DNA of 64,000 nucleotides from an uncultured Anaerolinea sp. (GCA_964483135.1 CAZAAJ010000002.1:6511-70510); one strand, 5' to 3'. Counted from the stretch's first letter, positions 9,888 through 19,063 are shown. The notes: generated from the sequence alone by a model not told the origin. Program-made: numbers and translations.

Positions 9888-10940
9888 GTGGCTAAATTTA
9901 AAATCGAACGCGCCGCCGCTCCACTTTGGGTTAAAACAGTCATTCCAGTGGCTGCTGTATTGGTAACCTTTCTTGTCACATCCATACTCATAATCCTTGC
10001 GAAAGCAAATCCGTTTGCGGCATATTACCATTTATTGATTGCTCCGTTGTCATCCAAGTTTTCTCTGCTTGAGGTATTGGTTAAATCCACACCGTTAATC
10101 CTGACAGGAATTGCCGTAGCAGTAGCTTTTAATTCAGGATACTATAACATTGGCGCAGAAGGACAGCTTTACGCAGGTGCCATTGCCGCAGCCTGGGTTG
10201 GTGCAAACCTTACCTCTTTACCGGCAATTGCTGCCATACCCCTCATGCTGGTACTCGGTTTTCTGGCAGGTATCCTGTGGGCATTGATCCCAGCCATTCT
10301 CAAGATCAAGCTTAAAGTGGACGAGGTGGTTACCACCTTGTTAATGAACTCTGTCATGGTATATGTTGTATCCTGGTTATTGAACGGTGTATGGAGGAAC
10401 CCTGAAACTGGCGCCCAACAATCACCCGAATTTTTTGCAGCCGCCAGGTACATCAGGCTGGTACCAAAATCCCGTTTGCACCTGGGTTTCATCATCGCCC
10501 TGGTGGTTGTCGTCATCATCTACATTTTGATTAAGAAGACACCTTTGGGACTTAAAATGCGCGCTGTTGGAGCCAGCAAGGTTGGTGCGCAATTTGCGGG
10601 GATCAATGTCAGCCGAACCATGTTGATTTCCGCCTTGATCAGCGGCGGGATTGCAGGTATTGCCGGTGTCGGTGAAATTGCAGGAATTCACTACCACCTG
10701 ATCAATGAACTTTCAAACGGGTATGGTTACACAGGCATCATAGCGGCGACACTTGGAGGATTGAACCCCATTGGCGTGTTGGTTGCTGCATTATTTATTG
10801 GGTTAATAGGAACCGGAGCTTTCAACGTAAGCATGGCGCTTCATGTTCCTGTTTACCTTGGTGATGTAGTCCAATCTACATTATTGCTGGTGACTCTTGC
10901 CATGCTCCTTTTACAAAATTACCGGATCAAGAGGGTATAA
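9888..10940 (+). CDS. ABC transporter permease (BPD_transp_2 type)
   Basis: 350 aa, GTG start, polytopic. Follows the ATPase by 16 nt. Typical of BMP-type nucleoside importers. Confidence 0.88.
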   Translation: MAKFKIERAAAPLWVKTVIPVAAVLVTFLVTSILIILAKANPFAAYYHLLIAPLSSKFSLLEVLVKSTPLILTGIAVAVAFNSGYYNIGAEGQLYAGAIAAAWVGANLTSLPAIAAIPLMLVLGFLAGILWALIPAILKIKLKVDEVVTTLLMNSVMVYVVSWLLNGVWRNPETGAQQSPEFFAAARYIRLVPKSRLHLGFIIALVVVVIIYILIKKTPLGLKMRAVGASKVGAQFAGINVSRTMLISALISGGIAGIAGVGEIAGIHYHLINELSNGYGYTGIIAATLGGLNPIGVLVAALFIGLIGTGAFNVSMALHVPVYLGDVVQSTLLLVTLAMLLLQNYRIKRV

Positions 10941-10942
10941 CT

Positions 10943-11854
10943 ATGGATGAATTTTTAGTCGGCTTGATAGCAGCAACTTTAAGGGTTGCTACCCCTTTGA
11001 TTTTCGCGACCCTTGGAGAACTTTTTTGTGAGCGGGCTGGAATCCTCAATCTCGGTATCGAAGGAACGATGTTCCTTGGTGCTTTTGCTGGCTTTACCGT
11101 TGCCTCATTAACGGGTTCAGTCTGGGTTGGATTACTCGGAGCGATTATCAGTGGAATTCTTGCAGGCTTTTTGATGAGCCTTTTTGCAGTCAGGCTGGGG
11201 GTTAACCAACATGTTTCGGGGTTAGGAATAACCCTGCTGGCCACAGCACTCTCGCTGTTTTCATTTCGTGTAATTTTTGGCGAAAATCAAAACCTTCCCT
11301 CGATCATTCCTTTTAAACAACTGGAGCTTTTTTCAAATAACCCGATCCTGCATGAAATCTTTTCTCAGTACCTGCTGACGTATATCGCAATCGCGATTGT
11401 TCCTGTCGTCTGGTTCATCATTTTTAGAACCAATTATGGACTCAGGATCCGTTCTGTTGGGGACAACCCTGAAGCCACAGATGCTGCAGGAATCGACGTC
11501 TATCGTCTTCGGACTTCTGCGTTGGTCATTGGCAGCGCGTTAATGGCCATTGGCGGAGCATTCTTATCCATTGCCCAGCTTGGGAAATTTACCTTCGGTA
11601 TCATCGAAGGTCGCGGTTGGGTATGCATCGCTCTCATCATTTTTGGCAACTGGCACCCGGTCAAGGTACTGTGGGGAGCTTTGCTCTTTGGAGGTGTCCA
11701 GGCATTACAGTCACGCTTACAGCTTACCGGCCTGAAACTGCCTTATGAACTTTTCCTCGCCCTGCCATATATAGTAACGATCATCGCCCTCACGCTGGCG
11801 GGCAGAAATGCCTCGTACCCGGCAGCAATGCTGAAACCCTATAAACGGGAATGA
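10943..11854 (+). CDS. ABC transporter permease (second permease subunit)
   Basis: 303 aa, polytopic, 2 nt after the previous stop. GxxNxGxEG-like motif LNLGIEGTM. Confidence 0.88.
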   Translation: MDEFLVGLIAATLRVATPLIFATLGELFCERAGILNLGIEGTMFLGAFAGFTVASLTGSVWVGLLGAIISGILAGFLMSLFAVRLGVNQHVSGLGITLLATALSLFSFRVIFGENQNLPSIIPFKQLELFSNNPILHEIFSQYLLTYIAIAIVPVVWFIIFRTNYGLRIRSVGDNPEATDAAGIDVYRLRTSALVIGSALMAIGGAFLSIAQLGKFTFGIIEGRGWVCIALIIFGNWHPVKVLWGALLFGGVQALQSRLQLTGLKLPYELFLALPYIVTIIALTLAGRNASYPAAMLKPYKRE

Positions 11855-11862
11855 TCCAAAAA

Positions 11863-11892
11863 GGCGTAAGGAGCAATTCTTACGCCTTTTTT
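11863..11892 (+). terminator. Rho-independent terminator of the transporter operon
   Basis: GGCGTAAG (11863-11870), 8-nt loop, CTTACGCC (11879-11886), then TTTTTT (11887-11892). Confidence 0.75.
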
Positions 11893-11953
11893 ATTCTTTC
11901 CTGCCCTTTTTAAGAATGTGACAATCAACCGCTTACAAACCTATAACTATCAC

Positions 11954-11982
11954 TTGAACAGAAAGGAAAGTGTTCCTAAAAT
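11954..11982 (+). promoter_or_regulatory. Candidate promoter of the decarboxylase operon
   Basis: TTGAAC (11954-11959), 17 nt, then TAAAAT (11977-11982), 44 nt upstream of the ATG at 12026. GGAGG RBS sits just before the start. Confidence 0.5.
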
Positions 11983-12025
11983 GGTATTGTTTGGAAATTA
12001 TTAATCAAAATAATCGGAGGTAGTA

Positions 12026-13597
12026 ATGGCTCAACCAAAAGCTGACAGCGCTCAAGAAGCCTTTATGGAACACCTAAAGGATCTTCGCAAACAGAGCAAG
12101 GCAGGCGGCGGCGAGAAACGCATTGAAGCCCAGCATGCCAAGGGTAAGTTAACTGCACGTGAACGTATTGATGCCCTGCTTGACGAAGGTTCATTCCAGG
12201 AGATCAATGGTCTGATGGTCAACCGCCATACCGATTTCGGCATGGAAAAGGAAAAGACCCCTGGTGACGGCGTGGTGGCTGGTTTTGGAAAGATCAACGG
12301 CCGCCGCGTTTGTGTTTATGCCCAGGATTTTACCGTGATGGGCGGCTCCTTCGGTGAAATTGCCGGTCAAAAGGTCTGCCATGTGATGGACCTGGCTATG
12401 GATGCCGGCGTTCCGGTCATCGGATTGAACGATGGCGGTGGCGCACGTATCCAGGAAGGCATTTTCTCTCTTTATGCCTACGGTGAACTTTTCTATCGCA
12501 ATACACAGGCTTCCGGTGTCGTTCCGCAGATCTCCGTCATTCTTGGACCCTGCGCTGGCGGCGCGGTCTATTCTCCCGCCCTCACCGACTTTGTAGTGAT
12601 GACGAAAAATATCAGCAATATGTTCATCACCGGACCTGAAGTCATCAAGACCGTTACCCACGAAGTGGTGGACGTTGAAACCCTTGGCGGCGCTGTGACT
12701 CACTCCTCCACCAGCGGTGTCGCCCACTTTGCCGCCGAAGATGAAAAACAGGCTTTCGCTTTTGTACGCTCGATCCTCAGCTACCTCCCCTCCAACAACT
12801 CCGAAACCGCTCCGGCTGTCGAAGTCACCGATGATCCCTGGCGCATGGACAAGGAGCTGGATTCCATTGTCCCGGCCGATCCTTCGGTTGGTTACGACAT
12901 GAAAGAGATCATCGAACGGGTCTGCGACCGCGGCTCTTTCTTTGAAGTAATGGGAAATTTTGCCCAGAACTCCGTTATCGGTTTTGCCCGCCTGCATGGA
13001 CAATCAGTGGGAATCGTTGCCCAGCAGCCGCTCTTCATGGCTGGTTCAATTGATATTGATGCTGCCGACAAAATGGCGCGCTTTATCCGCTTCTGCGATG
13101 CTTTCAACCTTCCCATTGTCACCTTCTCCGATTCACCCGGTTTCCTGCCCGGTGTATCCCAGGAACATGGCGGCATCATCCGTCACGGCGCCAAGATCGT
13201 CTACGCTTTCTCCGAAGCCACAGTTCCTCTGCTGACCGTCATCACCCGCAAGGGTTATGGTGGTGCCTACATTGTTATGAGCAGCAAACACATTCATTCA
13301 GACATGGTCTTCGCCTGGCCGGGTGCTGAAATTGCTGTCATGGGCGCTGAAGGCGCAGTTGCCATCCTCTACCGCAAGGAACTTGCCGAAAGGAACGATG
13401 GCGGTGAAGAACGCAAGCGCCTGGTGGCTGAATTCCGCGAGAAATTCTCCAATCCATACAAAGCCGCCACTGCCGGTTTCGTTGACGATGTCATTCTGCC
13501 CCACGAAACCCGCCCGCGCCTGATCGCTGCATTGGAATTGCTGCGCGATAAAAAATCACATGCCCCAGCCAAAAAACATGGCTGCATGCCCCTGTAA
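12026..13597 (+). CDS. Acyl-CoA carboxyltransferase, alpha subunit of a Na+-translocating methylmalonyl-/glutaconyl-CoA decarboxylase (PccB/12S family)
   Basis: 523 aa. Two crotonase-like carboxyltransferase halves, with motifs GKLTARERIDALLDEGSF, GGSFGE and GPCAGGAVYSPA. It is followed by the membrane subunits. Confidence 0.92.
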   Translation: MAQPKADSAQEAFMEHLKDLRKQSKAGGGEKRIEAQHAKGKLTARERIDALLDEGSFQEINGLMVNRHTDFGMEKEKTPGDGVVAGFGKINGRRVCVYAQDFTVMGGSFGEIAGQKVCHVMDLAMDAGVPVIGLNDGGGARIQEGIFSLYAYGELFYRNTQASGVVPQISVILGPCAGGAVYSPALTDFVVMTKNISNMFITGPEVIKTVTHEVVDVETLGGAVTHSSTSGVAHFAAEDEKQAFAFVRSILSYLPSNNSETAPAVEVTDDPWRMDKELDSIVPADPSVGYDMKEIIERVCDRGSFFEVMGNFAQNSVIGFARLHGQSVGIVAQQPLFMAGSIDIDAADKMARFIRFCDAFNLPIVTFSDSPGFLPGVSQEHGGIIRHGAKIVYAFSEATVPLLTVITRKGYGGAYIVMSSKHIHSDMVFAWPGAEIAVMGAEGAVAILYRKELAERNDGGEERKRLVAEFREKFSNPYKAATAGFVDDVILPHETRPRLIAALELLRDKKSHAPAKKHGCMPL

Positions 13598-13623
13598 TCC
13601 TGCTGAAATGAGGAGGTGTTATT

Positions 13624-13920
13624 TTGACTGATTTTCAAACAGGTCTGTTGATCAGCGCGGTTGGACTTGTGGTGACCTTTACTGCCCTGGCAATTTTCAT
13701 CGGGGTGATGGTTCTACTGCAAAAACTATTTCCTGTAAAAAAAGAGGTGGAAAAACAGGTCATTGAAGAAGTTAAACCCGCCGAGATCACTGCTGAATCT
13801 TCCAGCGCTGATGAGATTGCCGCCGCCCTGGCTGCTGTATCCTATTTGCGTTCGCAACGTGCCGGCCAACTTGGAGCATCGCTCCTCACCGGTCCCGGAC
13901 CTTACCGGACTTCCCATTGA
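13624..13920 (+). CDS. OadG-like small membrane subunit of the Na+-decarboxylase
   Basis: 98 aa. TTG start with AGGAGG 8 nt upstream, a single N-terminal TM helix (LLISAVGLVVTFTALAIFIGVMVLL) and an Ala-rich tail. The position between the alpha and biotin-carrier genes matches mmdADCB-type order. Confidence 0.65.
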   Translation: MTDFQTGLLISAVGLVVTFTALAIFIGVMVLLQKLFPVKKEVEKQVIEEVKPAEITAESSSADEIAAALAAVSYLRSQRAGQLGASLLTGPGPYRTSH

Positions 13921-13960
13921 TCTCAAAATCACGATAATACTGGAATCGTAGGAGAATAAA

Positions 13961-14422
13961 ATGAGTAAAAAGCTACAAGTAAAAGTGAACGGCAAATCCT
14001 TTGAGGTCGAGGTCAGTGATTTTTCAGGCGGTTCAGCGGATGTGACCGTCAACGGCACTCAATATGCAATTGAGATCGAAGAAACAGGTGGTGTTCTAGC
14101 CGCCCCTGTCGTAAAAGCTCCGGCAGCAGCCCCGGCGAAAGCCGCGGCACCTGCCGCCACCACTGCCGCTCCGGCTACAGGATCTGTGGCAATCGCTGCT
14201 GCCGGCGCTACGGATGTCATCAGCGCCCCCATGCCCGGCGTGATTATGGACATCGCATTTAAACCAGGCGATAAGATTGCCGTTGGTGACATTGTATGCG
14301 CACTGGAAGCTATGAAAATGAAGAACATGATCCGGTCAACCCGTGAAGGAACAGTGGGTTCCGTCGAAGTCAACGAAGGACAGAGAGTCCCCTTTGGCGC
14401 AGTGATCATCCGGTTCGCGTGA
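13961..14422 (+). CDS. Biotin carboxyl carrier subunit of the decarboxylase
   Basis: 153 aa. Ala/Pro-rich linker followed by a biotinyl domain with the biotinylation motif EAMKMKN. Confidence 0.88.
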   Translation: MSKKLQVKVNGKSFEVEVSDFSGGSADVTVNGTQYAIEIEETGGVLAAPVVKAPAAAPAKAAAPAATTAAPATGSVAIAAAGATDVISAPMPGVIMDIAFKPGDKIAVGDIVCALEAMKMKNMIRSTREGTVGSVEVNEGQRVPFGAVIIRFA

Positions 14423-14429
14423 GGTTGAT

Positions 14430-15557
14430 ATGGATCTTTCGAGACTACTCGTCTTACTAGACGCTTTCAAACAACTGCAATGGCAAAACCTGGTGATGAT
14501 CGGGATCGGCGGTGTACTGATCGCCCTTGCCATCCTTAAGGACTATGAGCCAACCCTGCTGCTGCCCATCGGGTTTGGCGCTATTCTGGCCAACCTGCCA
14601 CTCACCGGCGCCACTGAAGCCGGCGGCTGGTTGAAAATCCTTTTTGATGCCGGGATTGCAACCGAGTTATTCCCGCTCTTTGTTTTCATCGCCATTGGAG
14701 CCATGACTGATTTTGGCCCACTGCTTGAAAACCCAAAGATGGCGCTGTTAGGCGCAGCCGGGCAGTTTGGTATCTTTATTACACTTCTGCTGGCGCTTGC
14801 CACCGGAATGTTCACCCTCAATGAAGCCGCCAGCATCGGCATCATCGGCGCCATTGACGGACCGACCGCCATTTACGTATCATCCAAACTCGCCCCTCAT
14901 CTGCTTGGTCCGATTACTGTTTGCGCTTACAGCTACATGTCACTGGTGCCTATCATCCAACCCCCCGTAATGCGGTTGATGACCACGCATAAGGAAAAAA
15001 CCATCCACATGCCTTACACGATCAAGGAAGTCTCGCGGGCAACGCGAATCCTCTTCCCAATTGTGGTCACCGTGGTGGTTTCACTGCTTGCGCCAAAAGC
15101 ATCACCGTTGATCGCTTCACTCATGTTCGGTAATCTCATCAGAGAATCCGGTGCTGTTGAACGATTGAACCATGCCGCTCAGAATGAACTAGCCAACCTG
15201 ACCACCCTGTTCCTGGGGCTGGTGATTGGCTCGACGATGGAAGGTGTCAATTTTATTCAACCCACTACCTTGTTAATCCTCGTGTTAGGTCTCTTTGCTT
15301 TCGTGATGGACACAGTTGGCGGCATTTTACTTGGAAAATTGATGAACTTCTTCTCCGGCGGTAAATTCAATCCGCTCATCGGGGCTGCAGGGATCAGCGC
15401 TTTCCCCATGTCCGCCCGTATCGTTCAGCGTTTCGGTCAGGAATATGATACAAACAATTTCCTGCTGATGCACGCAATGGGTTCCAATGCTGCCGGTCAG
15501 CTGGGCAGCGTTATCGCAGGTGGTGTCGTCCTGGCGATCATGGCTGGTGTGTTGTAA
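14430..15557 (+). CDS. Na+-translocating decarboxylase beta subunit (OadB/GcdB/MmdB family)
   Basis: 375 aa, polytopic. Strongly resembles OadB-family proteins (DFGPLL, GAAGISAFPMSARI motifs). Confidence 0.92.
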   Translation: MDLSRLLVLLDAFKQLQWQNLVMIGIGGVLIALAILKDYEPTLLLPIGFGAILANLPLTGATEAGGWLKILFDAGIATELFPLFVFIAIGAMTDFGPLLENPKMALLGAAGQFGIFITLLLALATGMFTLNEAASIGIIGAIDGPTAIYVSSKLAPHLLGPITVCAYSYMSLVPIIQPPVMRLMTTHKEKTIHMPYTIKEVSRATRILFPIVVTVVVSLLAPKASPLIASLMFGNLIRESGAVERLNHAAQNELANLTTLFLGLVIGSTMEGVNFIQPTTLLILVLGLFAFVMDTVGGILLGKLMNFFSGGKFNPLIGAAGISAFPMSARIVQRFGQEYDTNNFLLMHAMGSNAAGQLGSVIAGGVVLAIMAGVL

Positions 15558-15620
15558 TCCAGTTAAAATACTGGATATAAGTTAAAGTTTTCGAATATCA
15601 TCTTAAAAAGGAGAATGAAA

Positions 15621-16502
15621 ATGAAACTACTTGATCTAACCATCCCGTTGGGAATTGGAACTCCCCCCTGGCCGACCTATGAACCTCTCCAGGTGAAATA
15701 CTTCAAGCGTCTTGCACCGAACGGCGCTAATGGGCAACTGTTGACCCACTCAAATCACCTTGGCACTCACCTTGACGGCGAAATTCACTTCTACACCCCC
15801 GGCCGTGATATAGCACAATTGCCCCTGGATTACCTGGTGCACGATGCCGCCGTTGTTGACCTGAGTGATGTTTGCGGTGATTACGACGTCTATACTTCCA
15901 AGATGATCACGGATCGCGTCGAAGTGAAAAAGGGCGATATCCTCGTCATCCATACCGGCTATCACCACTTTGGCTGGGATCAGCCCACCGCGGACGAGAT
16001 CCGCTACATGGTCAAACACCCGGGTCCCGACCAGGAATTTGCGGACTGGGCAAAGAAAATGGAACTGCGCTGGATCGCCGTTGACTGCGGTTCTGCCGAT
16101 CACCCGATGAATACCATCATCCGCCAGTGGATGCCCCGCCAGACCAAACAGGCTGAATACGTGTTCAAGAAGAAATTCGGCAAATCCCTTGAAGAGTTCT
16201 TCACCGAAGAGAAATACCAGCTCATGCACATCGACCTGTTTCCCAAGCAGATCATCCACGCCGAATGCTTTGGCGGCATGATCGACCTCATCCTCAACCG
16301 CCGCATCCAGGTGGGCTTCTTCCCATGGCGCTTCGTTGATGGTGAAGCCTCCATTGGTCGCGCAGTCGCTTTCCTCGAAGATAAGGAATACGATGACCTG
16401 ATGAAAAAAGCTGCCACGATGCCGAAAACAAAATTCGGTGATGTTTACGAAATCAAGCACGTTGAAAGTCTGAATAAGTTAAGCAAAGCCAATATGGCTT
16501 AA
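15621..16502 (+). CDS. Cyclase family protein (kynurenine-formamidase-like metal hydrolase fold)
   Basis: HSNHLGTHLDGEIHF matches the HxGTHxDxPxH cyclase-family motif. There are two in-frame ATGs (15615, 15621). AAGGAG ends at 15613, so 15621 has the better spacing. It is longer than typical family members. Confidence 0.8.
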   Translation: MKLLDLTIPLGIGTPPWPTYEPLQVKYFKRLAPNGANGQLLTHSNHLGTHLDGEIHFYTPGRDIAQLPLDYLVHDAAVVDLSDVCGDYDVYTSKMITDRVEVKKGDILVIHTGYHHFGWDQPTADEIRYMVKHPGPDQEFADWAKKMELRWIAVDCGSADHPMNTIIRQWMPRQTKQAEYVFKKKFGKSLEEFFTEEKYQLMHIDLFPKQIIHAECFGGMIDLILNRRIQVGFFPWRFVDGEASIGRAVAFLEDKEYDDLMKKAATMPKTKFGDVYEIKHVESLNKLSKANMA

Positions 16503-16532
16503 ATTTTTTAAAATTTATCAAGGAGAATTAAA

Positions 16533-17258
16533 GTGAAATTCGATCTTCCAGAAAAAGCAACTGAACCCATCCTTTCGATCGATGCCCGCGAAGTGGAAGC
16601 CCTCCTGCAGGGTCCTGCCATGCAGCTTCCCAAGTGGCCCGGCGCCCAGGTTAAATTAAAAGATGGCCGCCTCCTCTACATCCGCGAAGCACGCCTCGAA
16701 GAAGCCCCCAAAATGATGGAATATGTCAAGCGGTTAATGGACGTGGACCATGACTTCTACGATATCGTCGGCGCCCGTGTCTATTCCGAAATCCTCGGCT
16801 GGTACCGCCATCGTTTAAAAGATCCCTATACTCTCGTCGGTTTGATCGATGGGATGTGGGTGGGCTTCGCCAATGGACGTGTAATGAATGAAGACATCAA
16901 CATCAGCCTGCACACCATGGCTCTTTCCCGCGGCGGACGTATCGGCGCAGTCATGTACTACGCCAAGGCTTACTACGCCTTCGAAATGATCAAGAATACC
17001 GAATGGTGGGCTACCTACGAATCCTACAATGGCTGGATGCGCTGGGGTCTTGGTATGGCTCAGCCTTCTTACCCGTGGCCGGATGTTCAGCATGAACTTG
17101 GCGGCGCCCGTGTTTACTATGTCACCAAGAAATACTGGGATCAGATGATCAAGAATTACGTTCGCGAAATGGCTGGCGCTGACCTGGACTTCAATGTGTC
17201 TGACGCGGTCCGCAAAGCCAACGAGAACCTGATCGTTCCCGAAGAGATCCTCGTCTAG
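16533..17258 (+). CDS. Hypothetical protein, possibly GNAT-fold
   Basis: 241 aa. GTG start with AAGGAG 7 nt upstream. The pattern KLKDGRLLYIREARLEEAPKM ... SRGGRIGAVM resembles the GNAT beta1 strand and an acetyl-CoA motif-A-like segment. The assignment is weak. Confidence 0.5.
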   Translation: MKFDLPEKATEPILSIDAREVEALLQGPAMQLPKWPGAQVKLKDGRLLYIREARLEEAPKMMEYVKRLMDVDHDFYDIVGARVYSEILGWYRHRLKDPYTLVGLIDGMWVGFANGRVMNEDINISLHTMALSRGGRIGAVMYYAKAYYAFEMIKNTEWWATYESYNGWMRWGLGMAQPSYPWPDVQHELGGARVYYVTKKYWDQMIKNYVREMAGADLDFNVSDAVRKANENLIVPEEILV

Positions 17259-17273
17259 TTTTACGCTGTCGTT

Positions 17274-17305
17274 AAAAAAGAGAGCCGTGATGGCTCTCTT
17301 TTTTT
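17274..17305. terminator. Bidirectional Rho-independent terminator between convergent genes
   Basis: AAAAAAGAGAGCC (17274-17286), 5-nt loop, GGCTCTCTTTTTT (17292-17305). A-tract and T-tract flank a GC-containing stem. Confidence 0.7.
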
Positions 17306-18182
17306 ATTCACTTTCCACGGATGCGGCAATGCCAAGTGTTGTATCTACACCTGAGGAATGCCCGAAATGGGTCAGTAATTCCACCAGGTCGGTGGAAATA
17401 GGTTTTCCCGTAAAAAGCGCATCGATCACCTGGAGAAAGGGCTCTTCAGACCAACCCCGGCTGGCTGCCAGCATCCGGTTGGCAGAGATGGTGGTGGTCT
17501 TTCCTTTCGCCAGATCCAGTAATTCTTGTGCTAATGCTGCCAGAAATGGTGCTGGTTCGTCAACTGCCTGTTGATAACAGGATTGGTATAAGACGAACCC
17601 CGCCAACCAGTCATCGCCTGAAGGAGTCAACCCTCCGCCAAGCCCGAGCAAATGACTCGCTGACTCAAGGCAGGCATCCAAGTTGCGGTCAATGTAAGCT
17701 TTTGTAAAAAGCCGGGTGTTGTTTGAAATCCTGTCCGCCAGGTCTTCCGGCAGGGTCTGGTGATGATTGAAAAGGAACATCCACCCCTTGCCGGGGTCTA
17801 TCTCCGAAATCCTGTTGAGAATTGAATCCATCCTATTAGTACGGTCGATATGTTTGGTCATCATTTGAACTGGTGCATCCGGCGTCCATATCTCTGCGTT
17901 CTCAGTGATGATCCTGATTTCGCTATTACCAAAAACAAGCGCGTCTGCTGTTACATCGAATTCGGTATTGACCGCCAATTCGTTCATCAGCCGATCATAA
18001 CCCGGAACATAGATGTTGAAGGGGCTTTTATAAGGCGCATCGGTGATGAATAGAATGTACTCGCGGCATTGTAGGAAGATCCCCTTGGAGGTCAGTCCCC
18101 TCACTGTTCCCGCGCGATGCAGTTGCAGCGCTTCGGCAGCCATTTTTCCCATGAATGTGGCAAAAAAAGTCTTTTGAGTCAT
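17304..18182 (-). CDS. DUF2877 (AllH-like) domain protein
   Basis: 292 aa. Motifs LGLGGGLTPSGDDWLAGF and FGHSSGVDTTLG match my recollection of the DUF2877/YlbF (AllH) family. No FdrA/YlbE partner genes are present. Confidence 0.55.
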   Translation of the reverse strand: MTQKTFFATFMGKMAAEALQLHRAGTVRGLTSKGIFLQCREYILFITDAPYKSPFNIYVPGYDRLMNELAVNTEFDVTADALVFGNSEIRIITENAEIWTPDAPVQMMTKHIDRTNRMDSILNRISEIDPGKGWMFLFNHHQTLPEDLADRISNNTRLFTKAYIDRNLDACLESASHLLGLGGGLTPSGDDWLAGFVLYQSCYQQAVDEPAPFLAALAQELLDLAKGKTTTISANRMLAASRGWSEEPFLQVIDALFTGKPISTDLVELLTHFGHSSGVDTTLGIAASVESE

Positions 18183-18188
18183 TTGCTT

Positions 18189-19034
18189 TTACCTGTGGAA
18201 AACCGCCATGTTTCCCAGCACGCCCCATGAATTGAGGAATACCTCGTTGGGGACTTCAAAAACGTTACCATTGTTCACATAACGGACAGAGTCGCTGTCA
18301 TACCCGGTGAGGATGGCCACATGCTCATAGGCGGCGACAATGGTGGTATTCCCCTTGGAATCAGTGTATTCCGCCGGCACGCCTCCGACCATATTGCCGA
18401 TGACCCAAACGATGACCGGATGGCCGGCAGCGATCTTTTCTTTAATTTGCTCCAGGGTATATCCCTTCCCGCCTTCAGCATCCACACCGTATTTTTGCAG
18501 CAGCGCAGCAACGGGGGCCGCATGTACGCCATAAGCATAAGGCGGCACCTGTCCCCAGGGACCATTGGCGTCGCCGACGAATCCCAGGTCGGGGTTATCC
18601 GAAATTGGCAATGCGTGCTGGAAGTCGTACTGGTAAAGCAGAACGCCGTAATATCCAGCCAGGTCAACGGCTGCGGCAGCTTCGCATCCGAGGTAGAAAA
18701 ACTTAGGATTGGCACTTATCTTAAGGTATGTGCTGTCAGGAATTGAAGTAGGAAGAGGCGTAATCGTTGGGAGCACAGTCGGGGCCAGTGTCGCGGTGGC
18801 GATCACCGCTGCAGTAGCGGATGTTGGGGGTTCGATCGTTGATGTGGAAAAGTACGCCAGCCGGGGTGTGCTTGTGAACGCGTGTTCGGTTGAAACAGCG
18901 TTTACCGGCGCCGTTGTCTTTCCTTCACCCTTGAGGACTGAGAAGATAATCACCGCGGCGACCAGCAGCACCAGCAGGAGAACAGTGATCACGGTTTTCT
19001 TATCCTGAATCAAGTGGCTTACTTTTTTTTGCAT
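18189..19034 (-). CDS. Membrane-anchored peptidase C39-like (papain-fold) domain protein
   Basis: Start taken at the ATG at 19034 (MQKKVSHLIQDKK), followed by a TM helix, a Thr/Ala/Pro-rich linker and a C39_2-like domain. That domain has a candidate catalytic Cys (YLGCEAAAA) and His (YEHVAILTGYD). The upstream part of track ORF 18189..19205 is a tRNA gene read in frame. Confidence 0.7.
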   Translation of the reverse strand: MQKKVSHLIQDKKTVITVLLLVLLVAAVIIFSVLKGEGKTTAPVNAVSTEHAFTSTPRLAYFSTSTIEPPTSATAAVIATATLAPTVLPTITPLPTSIPDSTYLKISANPKFFYLGCEAAAAVDLAGYYGVLLYQYDFQHALPISDNPDLGFVGDANGPWGQVPPYAYGVHAAPVAALLQKYGVDAEGGKGYTLEQIKEKIAAGHPVIVWVIGNMVGGVPAEYTDSKGNTTIVAAYEHVAILTGYDSDSVRYVNNGNVFEVPNEVFLNSWGVLGNMAVFHR

Positions 19035-19063
19035 ACCGCCAATGATACCCCATCTACCAGGAT

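Noticed and set aside
12191-13003. 270-aa ORF antisense to the carboxyltransferase gene
   Set aside because: It lies fully inside a strongly supported gene on the opposite strand and has a low-complexity, motif-free translation. It is a typical shadow ORF of GC-richer coding DNA. The same reasoning applies to 4046..4582, 4604..5356, 5926..6401, 8099..8632 and 23066..23614.
14059-14230. Apparent repetitive GC-rich DNA (GCNGCN periodicity) in the biotin-carrier gene, considered as a tandem repeat
   Set aside because: It encodes the Ala/Pro-rich flexible linker typical of biotin or lipoyl carrier proteins (APVVKAPAAAPAKAAAPAATTAAPA). It is not a discrete DNA repeat unit.
15750-16460. 236-aa ORF antisense to the cyclase-family gene
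   Set aside because: Shadow ORF. The plus-strand frame carries the HxGTHxD family motif and a proper RBS, and the antisense frame has neither.
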